Positions 56,796 through 64,000 of a stretch of 64,000 bases of DNA are shown here, piece after piece (within the stretch, counting starts at the first letter, position 1; the number at the start of each line of letters is the position of its first letter). Made by a program: the position numbers and the translations under genes. The notes under the pieces are model-generated. The model saw only the letters and a list, made by a program, of their open reading frames with translations, searched no databases and was not told where the DNA came from. Location: contig JAVLKG010000005.1 of assembly GCA_032128875.1 (NCBI GenBank), positions 512,001 to 576,000 on the forward strand, given 5' to 3'. Origin of the DNA: Candidatus Melainabacteria bacterium 17Bon1m (lineage in GTDB: Bacteria > Cyanobacteriota > Vampirovibrionia > Obscuribacterales > Obscuribacteraceae).

Positions 56796-58658
56796 ATGGC
56801 AGAAGCAGCCACAGTTCAGAGCATTACAAAGCTGGCTCAGCAATTGCGCGTCGACAGCATTCGATCGACTACGCAAGCCGGTTCGGGGCACCCCACTTCT
56901 TCCATGTCAGCGGCAGACTTGATGGCTGTCCTGATGACAAATTACTTGCGCTACGACTTCAAGAAGCCGGAGCACCCGAACAATGACCGTCTGATTTTCT
57001 CCAAAGGTCATGCTTGCCCGCTGCTCTACTCCTTTTACAAAGCTGCCGGTGCAATCAGTGACGAAGAGCTTTTGAGCCTGCGTAAAATGGGCAGCCGTCT
57101 TGAAGGGCACCCTGTACCGGAAATTCTGCCTTGGGTTGATGTAGCCACTGGCTCGCTCGGTCAAGGATTGTCGTTCGGCGTCGGAATGGCGCTGGCAGGC
57201 AAATTCTTGGACAAACTTCCGTATCGCGTCTGGGTTCTTCTGGGCGACAGCGAAATGGCAGAAGGCAGCGTGTGGGAAGCAATGGCATGCGCCTGGCACT
57301 ACAAGCTGGACAATATGACCGCGATTCTCGATATGAATCGTCTCGGTCAACGCGGCGAAACCATGCTCGGTTGGCATTCTGAAATCTATGCTGAAAGAGC
57401 TCGCGCATTCGGCTGGCACACGATTGAAATCAATGGTCACGATCTCGACGCCATCGATGCTGCATATAAAGAAGCCCTCGCAACGCAAGGCAAGCCGACC
57501 TTAATCATTGCCAAAACTGAGAAAGGGCACGGAATTCCACTCACCGCCAATAAAGATAATTGGCATGGTAAGCCGCTCAGCCCAGAGCAAGCTGCAGAAG
57601 CAGTCGAGCAATTGGGCGGCGTGCAAAACACCGTTATAGAAGTCAAAAAGCCTGAAGACAAGCAGCCCGCAAATGCCGGACGCGCTGTCAAAAAGCTCGA
57701 ATTGCCGAAGTACGAATCTGCAATTGCTACAAGAGAAGCCTACGGCGATGCACTTAAGGCACTCGGTGCAGCCAACGACAACGTAGTTGTAGTTGATGCT
57801 GAAGTATCCAACTCTACGTACGCCGACAAGTTTGCGCATTCATTCTTGGAGCGCTTCTTCGAAATGTACATCGCCGAGCAGTGCATGGTTGGTGTCGCCA
57901 TCGGTCTGGCTAATCGCAACAAGATTGCGTTCGCTTCGACATTTGCAGCGTTCCTCAGCCGCGCTTATGACTTCATCCGCATGGGTGCAATTTGCCGCGC
58001 CAACATCCGTCTGTGCGGCTCGCACGCTGGTGTTTCAATCGGTCAGGACGGACCATCTCAGATGGCTTTAGAAGACCTCGCGATGATGCGCGCGATTCAC
58101 GAAAGCACTGTGCTCTATCCGTCAGATGGCGTGTCTGCGGCTCACCTGGTTAATTCCATGGCAGAGACCAAGGGCATTTCGTACATGCGTACGACCAGAG
58201 AGAAGACGCCGATTCTCTATAAAAACGAAGACAGCTTCCCGATTGGCGGCAGCAAGACATTGCGCACTTCCGCCAAAGACAAAGCTACTCTCATTGCCGC
58301 CGGCATCACTCTTCATGAGTCTCTCAAGGCTTACGACGAGCTGAAGAAAGATGGCATAGAGGTACGAGTCATCGACCTTTACTCGGTCAAGCCGATCGAT
58401 AGAGAAACGCTGCACAAAGCGGCTAAGGAGACTGGCACTCTTATTGTCGTTGAAGATCACTGGCCGGAAGGTGGACTCGGTGACGCTGTTTTGGATGCCT
58501 TCGCTGCCTGCGAGAAGACAGTGAAAGAGGCTTGTCCGACACCGAAAGTGATCAAGATGGCTGTTCATGGTATGCCTGGTTCCGGAACTCCTCAAGAGCT
58601 CCTCGATGCCGCCGGCATTTCCGCCAAGCACATAGTCGCAGCGGTCAAGGCGCTCTAG
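56796..58658 (+). CDS. tkt: Transketolase (short ~620-aa type)
   Basis: SGHPTSSMS, SKGHA, TGSLGQGL, GDSEMAEGSVWEA, IAEQ, IGQDGPSQM, VEDH..GGLG. Confidence 0.93.
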   Translation: MAEAATVQSITKLAQQLRVDSIRSTTQAGSGHPTSSMSAADLMAVLMTNYLRYDFKKPEHPNNDRLIFSKGHACPLLYSFYKAAGAISDEELLSLRKMGSRLEGHPVPEILPWVDVATGSLGQGLSFGVGMALAGKFLDKLPYRVWVLLGDSEMAEGSVWEAMACAWHYKLDNMTAILDMNRLGQRGETMLGWHSEIYAERARAFGWHTIEINGHDLDAIDAAYKEALATQGKPTLIIAKTEKGHGIPLTANKDNWHGKPLSPEQAAEAVEQLGGVQNTVIEVKKPEDKQPANAGRAVKKLELPKYESAIATREAYGDALKALGAANDNVVVVDAEVSNSTYADKFAHSFLERFFEMYIAEQCMVGVAIGLANRNKIAFASTFAAFLSRAYDFIRMGAICRANIRLCGSHAGVSIGQDGPSQMALEDLAMMRAIHESTVLYPSDGVSAAHLVNSMAETKGISYMRTTREKTPILYKNEDSFPIGGSKTLRTSAKDKATLIAAGITLHESLKAYDELKKDGIEVRVIDLYSVKPIDRETLHKAAKETGTLIVVEDHWPEGGLGDAVLDAFAACEKTVKEACPTPKVIKMAVHGMPGSGTPQELLDAAGISAKHIVAAVKAL

Positions 58659-58812
58659 GACGGGTGCAATACCGGTACATCCGGTTTGCAGCCGTTCCTC
58701 GCGTTTGACGTTTGGAGGGTTATGTTGGGTCTGGAATTTCAGTTGATATCAATTGAATTCCAGGCCCTTCTCTTGCTGTTACCAGAGAATTCGCAAAAAA
58801 AGGGAAATCATT

Positions 58813-59715
58813 TTGACCGATAAGAGCAAACGATTTCTGACTGTAAATGCATTTGCTGAAAAACCATACGGCGGAAACCCTGCGGCAGTCTTCACACAAG
58901 CCGATGGGCTGCCTCCTGAGCTCATGCAAACCATCGCCCGCCAACTAAATTTGGTTGAAACTGTTTTTGTTCTATCCGGAGAGCAAAAAGCGGATTTTCG
59001 ACTGCGTTACTTCACCCCCATCGCCGAGTTGCCTGTCGCGGGTCATCCCACTGTAGCGGCTTGGTGCGCGCTTCTTCACGACGGACTCGTGGATGTCGAA
59101 CAGCGGAATATTTTTACTCAGATCAATCAAGCAGGAAAGCAAGAAATAAAAGTCGAGAAATCGAAAAATAAAGGCAAGCCGATCGTCACGATGAAGCAGC
59201 CTAATCCGCGCTTTCTTGAAACTCATTGCACAAGGGAACAAGCTGCTGCTGTGCTTGCCGTAAGTTTAGATGCAATAGATGATCGTCTTCCCATACACGC
59301 TGTTGATACCGGACTGGGACATTTGATTATTCCAATGCGTTCTCTCGATGCGTTGATGTCTGCAAAGCGGCAAATCGAGCCACTTGCGGAGCTCTGTAAA
59401 TGGAATGGGGTAAGAGAAGCGCAACTCTTTTGTTTTGAGACTTTTGATAAAACCTGCCAACTTCATACGCGCAATTTGTGTCCTCGTGAAGGTATGGAAG
59501 ACCCCGCTTGCGGCGTCGGAAACGGCGCATTAACAGCCTATCTCAGTCAATATTATCGATTTGCGGACAACGATTTCAGCCTTCGCATCGAGCAAGGAAA
59601 TATTGTCGACAGACCTTCAGTTGTGCACACGCGTGCGGTCAAAACAAAAGAAGAACACAAGATCTTTGTGGGCGGCTCGGGAATCGTGATGATGGAAGGG
59701 CACTTGCTCTTCTAG
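58813..59715 (+). CDS. PhzF-family epimerase/isomerase
   Basis: VNAFAE..YGGNPAAV, ETVFV, LRYFTP..EL..AGHPT, EDPACG, IEQG..RPS; TTG start inferred. Confidence 0.9.
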   Translation: MTDKSKRFLTVNAFAEKPYGGNPAAVFTQADGLPPELMQTIARQLNLVETVFVLSGEQKADFRLRYFTPIAELPVAGHPTVAAWCALLHDGLVDVEQRNIFTQINQAGKQEIKVEKSKNKGKPIVTMKQPNPRFLETHCTREQAAAVLAVSLDAIDDRLPIHAVDTGLGHLIIPMRSLDALMSAKRQIEPLAELCKWNGVREAQLFCFETFDKTCQLHTRNLCPREGMEDPACGVGNGALTAYLSQYYRFADNDFSLRIEQGNIVDRPSVVHTRAVKTKEEHKIFVGGSGIVMMEGHLLF

Positions 59716-59751
59716 GTTTGCTCGCTTCGCTTGTGATCACTCGTAATCACG

Positions 59752-59785
59752 CATCATCCTCATCATCCTCATCATCCTCATCATC
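59752..59785. repeat. (CATCATCCT)n microsatellite
   Basis: CATCATCCT x3 plus CATCATC. Confidence 0.85.
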
Positions 59786-60451
59786 TCATTCATAATCGTC
59801 CGGTGGAATCTCCCTCAAGCTGCGGAAGCAGAGCGTTTCTTTTCGTCCGATATCGGTTTCCAATTGAATAGGAATTAGAGTATCGAGATCCTCGAAAATC
59901 TCGCTGTGGCGTACAAAGTTTTGCTTCCGCAGCTCGCAGACTAGCCCCTCGAGAGACTGGTTTGGCACGCGAATAGTTGCGACGAGATTGCGGTTGAGTG
60001 TCAGTTCTAGTCGCAAACGTACAAGCGTGCTGGCGCACGCCGCAATCTCCGCATCGGACATTAGACCGAGTTTTGACTTAACGAAAATTGCAACCTGCGA
60101 GCGTTCTTCAATCGGCAGCGAACCATACTTCTTGCTGCCCAAAGGCGCGCTCTTCTGATACCAGAGATCTTCATAGCGCAGCAGCGGCGCTGCACGATTA
60201 TTCCTTGTATCTTTGCGGCATTCCACTCGAACTTTAACGACTGCGTTGAGCTTTGTGCCTGAGTAACTGATGTAGTTCTTTAGCTCGTCACACTGAAGTT
60301 CGACTACATTATCGTATTGACTGAAATCCACCATTTGCGGTGGCATGAAATTCCTTTCGTTGTATTGCAGCGCAGAGCCTCCGTTTCTTCCTCCCGCCTG
60401 GAGGAGAAGAGTCGCGCAGCAGAATAAGACCATAGAGAATTTCTGGCTCAT
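59786..60451 (-). CDS. Hypothetical protein with N-terminal hydrophobic segment
   Basis: Long ORF, signal-like MSQKFSMVLFCCATLLLQAG. Confidence 0.65.
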   Translation of the reverse strand: MSQKFSMVLFCCATLLLQAGGRNGGSALQYNERNFMPPQMVDFSQYDNVVELQCDELKNYISYSGTKLNAVVKVRVECRKDTRNNRAAPLLRYEDLWYQKSAPLGSKKYGSLPIEERSQVAIFVKSKLGLMSDAEIAACASTLVRLRLELTLNRNLVATIRVPNQSLEGLVCELRKQNFVRHSEIFEDLDTLIPIQLETDIGRKETLCFRSLREIPPDDYE

Positions 60452-60675
60452 GGGAATTTCTCGCAGTTTGCCATCGAATTGATTCCCAAAAATCATTCGG
60501 CAATCCCGCTTCTGCGCGCCAGGGAATGCTTAACTACTGTTTAAGTTGGCGGCAGCAACGAATCTCTTGTTCGCTAACTCTCTTTGATGTTCTCGTATTC
60601 ATGCGCACTTCCGCTCTTTGAGACACGTAAATGCGGCAAGGTTTCCCTAACACACTTGTTGGGTTTTGATGTATG

Positions 60676-60816
60676 TCCACCCGGACAATGCCCATTGACG
60701 GTGCGCTTGGGGCTTTGCTAAGTTGGGGAAGGAAGCCGGAAAAGTCCATCAGTTCAATTACTAGGTTACTCAGAAACGGCTGGCTGCCTTCAAACACACT
60801 ACCGTTTCGGGTGGAC
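60676..60816 (-). ncRNA. Candidate rod-shaped structured RNA (6S RNA-like)
   Basis: Closing stem GTCCACCCG/CGGGTGGAC, nested ACGGT/ACCGT, GTGTTTG/CAAGCGC, GGC/GCC, asymmetric bubble, AGCCG/CGGCT; G-U pairs favour the minus strand. Confidence 0.55.
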
Positions 60817-60927
60817 TCTTTCTTCTTTTTGCGCGTGTGTATCAATGCTTATAGTCTTTGGCCGTGTCCGAGACTGCGTTTTGCTTTGGTGAAATTTCCT
60901 TTTGACCTTCGAGTAAGGAGGTTCTCT

Positions 60928-61872
60928 GTGTTTGAATCTGTGCGGAAATCACTACTCGGCACCTTGGCATTGCTGATTCTTTTTCCCTCTGCAGCACTTT
61001 CTCAGCAAGTCATAAACGGCTGCTCGGTTTTTCCACCCAACAATATTTGGAACCGTCGCATCGACACCCTTCCACTCGATCCCAACTCTTCTACCTATGT
61101 CAGCACCATCGGTGCCTCAACGCACTTCCACCCGGATGTCGGCAACGACATAAACTCGTTTGGCATTCCATACAACCTCACTAAAGGAAAAGGGAAAATT
61201 CTTCCTTCCTTCGATTACGCCGACGAGAGTGATCCTGGTCCCTATCCGGTCACGACCAAGTTGCTCATCGAAGGAGGCACTTGGTCGACCGTAAATGCCG
61301 GCGACCGGCATGTCCTGATGGTGGACACCAAGAAGCAAGTTCTGTACGAGCTTTATGCCACCTACCCTTCCGGAAAGAAAGGCATTCATGCTGGTTCTGG
61401 TGCCATTTTTCCGCTCAATTCGAATGCTTTGCGTCCTAACGGGTGGACCTCTGCGGACGCCGCCGGTTTGCCGGTTTTCCCTGGACTGTTGAACTTTGAC
61501 GAAGTAGCAACAGGCGCTGTCAAACATGCTTTGCGTTTCACGACCAGGCGCACAAATGGTTATATCTGGCCCGCGCGACACCAGGCTGGTCCGCAGACTG
61601 CGGGTTATCCACCAATGGGACAGCGCTTCAGGTTGCGCGCGAATTTCAATGTTTCCACCTACTCTCCGCGCATGCAGGTTGTACTTAATTGCTTGAAGCA
61701 GTACGGCATGATCGTCGCTGACAATGGTTCTAATTGGTACATGACCGGTGCGCCGGACCGACGTTGGAATAACGAAGAACTTGATCAACTCAAGAATCTC
61801 GTCGGCAGTGATTTTGAAGCTGTGGACGAGCGTGCTCTCATGGTAAATCCCGATTCAGGGCAATCACTTTGA
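60928..61872 (+). CDS. Exported conserved hypothetical protein
   Basis: RBS AAGGAGG, GTG start, signal peptide; GCSVFP.NNIWN, DRHV, LYELY, GWTSADAAGLP, HALRF, YGMIVADNG. Confidence 0.82.
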   Translation: MFESVRKSLLGTLALLILFPSAALSQQVINGCSVFPPNNIWNRRIDTLPLDPNSSTYVSTIGASTHFHPDVGNDINSFGIPYNLTKGKGKILPSFDYADESDPGPYPVTTKLLIEGGTWSTVNAGDRHVLMVDTKKQVLYELYATYPSGKKGIHAGSGAIFPLNSNALRPNGWTSADAAGLPVFPGLLNFDEVATGAVKHALRFTTRRTNGYIWPARHQAGPQTAGYPPMGQRFRLRANFNVSTYSPRMQVVLNCLKQYGMIVADNGSNWYMTGAPDRRWNNEELDQLKNLVGSDFEAVDERALMVNPDSGQSL

Positions 61873-62786
61873 TGAAATTTCCCCGCAGGCAGTTAGCAAA
61901 ACGCAGTGCAAGAGGAAGCATGCTCTTCCTCTGCATTGCCGTTTTGGCTGTGCTTCTTGTGACTGTCGGAATGGCGTTTTCCTTTTACCTGGTTTTCTTT
62001 TCGCACAAACATCTGCAAAGTCGCTCGGAAGATTTAGCTCTGGAATGCGCCAGGCAACTTAATGAGAATGACCATGGTGGCAAAATTAACAACCTGATCG
62101 GTCACAGCAGGGAGTTGGTTTTTACCTCCAGAGAACTGTACCAACGTACCGGAAACGATGAGTTTCGAGGTTTGCAAGGACTGGCTGCACAGGTCCTCGA
62201 TCAGTCCCGCAGTGGCGCAAAGCTAATCTCTGAAGAACGCAATCGTTATGTCGACCTCTCGGTTGCGCGGATGAGAAAGACTGTGAAAGACGCCGAGAGT
62301 GGCAATCAAGGCAATTTATTCCTTGCGAATTTCTCAACCGCTGGCGGTGAGGTTTTTGACCTGCGGCTTGGAGATCTTGGTCTGCCAATCTCCAATGTGG
62401 AGGCTTCTTCTGGGGTTTATAACCTTAACTCCTATGACCGCCAGCAGAATTTCATCAAACCTGGCAAACAAGTAGATTTGTTTGTTTCTAACGTCAATCT
62501 CAAATTGCCGGGCGAAGATTCCGACCTGGTTTTCGAATTGTCTTCACTTCAACCTCCGGTAAAAGGACAGTCTGCTCCCCTGCGGCTGACTCGAGGCAAA
62601 GGATTTAAGCACTCGTTGATTTTGCGAGACGGTGGTGAAGATAAAACGGGACGGTGCTCTGTGATACCGTCAGCGGTGCAGGTGACGATGACTATGAATG
62701 TGAAACAGAATATTGTTGGCGAGTTCGATTCGAAGACACGCACAGTGAATACGGCCTGTGCAAATGGCGCTTGGACGGAACCTTAG
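61869..62786 (+). CDS. TadG-like pseudopilin-associated protein
   Basis: Basic leader, ARG/SML, hydrophobic helix, LQSRSEDLALECARQLN. Confidence 0.72.
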   Translation: MMKFPRRQLAKRSARGSMLFLCIAVLAVLLVTVGMAFSFYLVFFSHKHLQSRSEDLALECARQLNENDHGGKINNLIGHSRELVFTSRELYQRTGNDEFRGLQGLAAQVLDQSRSGAKLISEERNRYVDLSVARMRKTVKDAESGNQGNLFLANFSTAGGEVFDLRLGDLGLPISNVEASSGVYNLNSYDRQQNFIKPGKQVDLFVSNVNLKLPGEDSDLVFELSSLQPPVKGQSAPLRLTRGKGFKHSLILRDGGEDKTGRCSVIPSAVQVTMTMNVKQNIVGEFDSKTRTVNTACANGAWTEP

Positions 62787-62802
62787 AGGCGGGGCTTAGG
62801 TT

Positions 62803-63387
62803 ATGTGCAAAACAGAAATGAGACGCTCAAACAGATCTAGAAAACAGCGATCAGAAACAGGAAGCAGCCAGCTAAGCGAGTTCGGTGCCGCCATCTTTCT
62901 GCTTTTTTCTTGTGTCGTCATCCCCCTTTTTGACTTGTCAGTCGTGCCTGTGAGACTCGGTCTCGGAAAGTCCATAGTCAACAATAGAGTGCATCAACTT
63001 GCGCAGAGCGAGTGCTTAAGCGACGCCTTCAAAGCGCTCCAAGAGAGCGACTTTCACAATGGTCTCACCAAGATCGGTGGTTTCAATGCCAAGTCGACGC
63101 AATTGTCCTTGATTGCAACGTCCGTTAAAAACCCCGATCAGACGGTGACAGTCGATCGTCCAGGCGCTTTATCCAGTGATTGGCTACCTGGTGGCAACAA
63201 AGGGCCCTGCCTCTATCGTCTCGACCTGGCTGTCGATGCTGAAATTGAACCTCTTATTACGGCTAAAGTTCCTGGGGTGCAAATACCAGGGCTTACTCGG
63301 GCGATTCCGTTCCATCTGCGTGAGGAATCGAATTGGGAGAATATGGGCTGTGATCCTTTAAGTGGTGAGTTCTTCGTCAACAAATAA
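62803..63387 (+). CDS. TadE-like pseudopilin
   Basis: Basic leader then G/SSQLSEFGAAIFLLF (G..EF prepilin pattern). Confidence 0.75.
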   Translation: MCKTEMRRSNRSRKQRSETGSSQLSEFGAAIFLLFSCVVIPLFDLSVVPVRLGLGKSIVNNRVHQLAQSECLSDAFKALQESDFHNGLTKIGGFNAKSTQLSLIATSVKNPDQTVTVDRPGALSSDWLPGGNKGPCLYRLDLAVDAEIEPLITAKVPGVQIPGLTRAIPFHLREESNWENMGCDPLSGEFFVNK

Positions 63388-63566
63388 GTTTGCACGCATC
63401 TAAAGTTCTGTCGAACAGCAAGTCTCTTTTGATTGCTCGTCTTCTCTCCCTTCCTCAGGTTTTTGCGAGGCCAGTTTGTCCAGGTTTTTCGGAAGAACGT
63501 TCAGGAAAAGTTCAGATGATTTTCGATATTGTTGATGCGTCAAGGACATGAATTGGTGTTGAGATA

Positions 63567-64000
63567 ATGTCATATCATTCTTCATTTGCCGGAGCGTTGC
63601 GCGGCCAAGATTGTGGAACAACGAGCCAGGTTGATGGTGCCAACCTAGACTATTATCGATTTAGTGGGGATGGTAGAACTATTGCTGCTCCGATGCGCAA
63701 TGCGCGTGCAGAATCCTCGCCGTCAGATTGTCAGATTGTCGGTGAATCGAGCCAACATCCATACGAGTATGCTGAGGACGATCTGAGGCATGCGAAAAGC
63801 ACTGCAGCTAGACTAACGGCGCTCGAGAAGATTGCTTCCAGCGGAGTTGAAAGATTTAAATTTAAAGATAAGGATGGCGTTGAAAGAGAGTTTAGGGTAG
63901 AAACTCAAGAATGCGGTGAGAAAACCCTTATTCACTGCTATGCAAAAGATTCTCGTGGTGGTGAGCAAATAGTTATGCGCGCGGCCCGCAATGCCAGTGG
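63567..64000 (+). CDS. Hypothetical protein, 3'-truncated; carries domain shared with the 33889 protein
   Basis: Manual translation MSYHSSFAGALRG...ARLTALEKIASSGVERFKFKDKDGVEREFRVE...LIHCYAKDSRGGEQIVMRA, open to window end; not in ORF track. Confidence 0.75.
   Translation, partial: MSYHSSFAGALRGQDCGTTSQVDGANLDYYRFSGDGRTIAAPMRNARAESSPSDCQIVGESSQHPYEYAEDDLRHAKSTAARLTALEKIASSGVERFKFKDKDGVEREFRVETQECGEKTLIHCYAKDSRGGEQIVMRAARNAS

Noticed and set aside
59786..59788. Selenocysteine or alternative genetic code at the TGA
   Set aside because: No redox context or SECIS-like hairpin; TGA ends many other genes normally in this window
60673..60927. N-terminal extension of the 399-aa ORF
   Set aside because: Strong RBS and GTG at 60928 give a clean signal peptide; extension overlaps the structured RNA candidate
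1..64000. CRISPR array, prophage, IS, integrase or reverse transcriptase
   Set aside because: No regularly spaced repeat-spacer series and no recognisable transposase, integrase, phage or RT motifs; tRNA-Glu has no adjacent integrase

Overview
Chromosomal window of about 50% GC with no prophage, IS, integrase or CRISPR array. Gene content and style (Ycf52-like GNAT, stand-alone MshEN-repeat protein, scattered TadE/TadG pseudopilins, many lineage-specific exported proteins) suggest a non-photosynthetic Cyanobacteriota member such as Vampirovibrionia/Obscuribacterales; this is an inference. Housekeeping genes: rplI, xseAB, hutI, a ferredoxin-NADP reductase, nrdJ-dcd with tandem NrdR boxes, comEC, glyQ, a ROK kinase, a radical SAM protein, tRNA-Glu(TTC), pepN, tkt and a PhzF-family gene. 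Accessory modules: an ABC-2 exporter operon, an orphan CzcA/CusA pump behind a putative leader ORF, a two-component system followed by paired EF-hand and paired TPR-thioredoxin genes, and a MoxR-DUF58-transglutaminase-AAA-TonB run. Main observations beyond the ORF track: (1) a ~140-nt rod-shaped 6S-like RNA candidate at 60676-60816; (2) a secreted-protein gene frameshifted by one extra TA in a (TA)5 tract at 30779-30788; (3) an unnamed ~75-aa domain shared by the 33889 EF-hand protein and an ORF at 63567 that the track missed; (4) a protein made of four tandem MshEN-like domains; (5) a Cas4/AddB-like nuclease with a K->Q catalytic change behind a palindromic operator. All family calls come from motif recognition by eye; no database searches were run.
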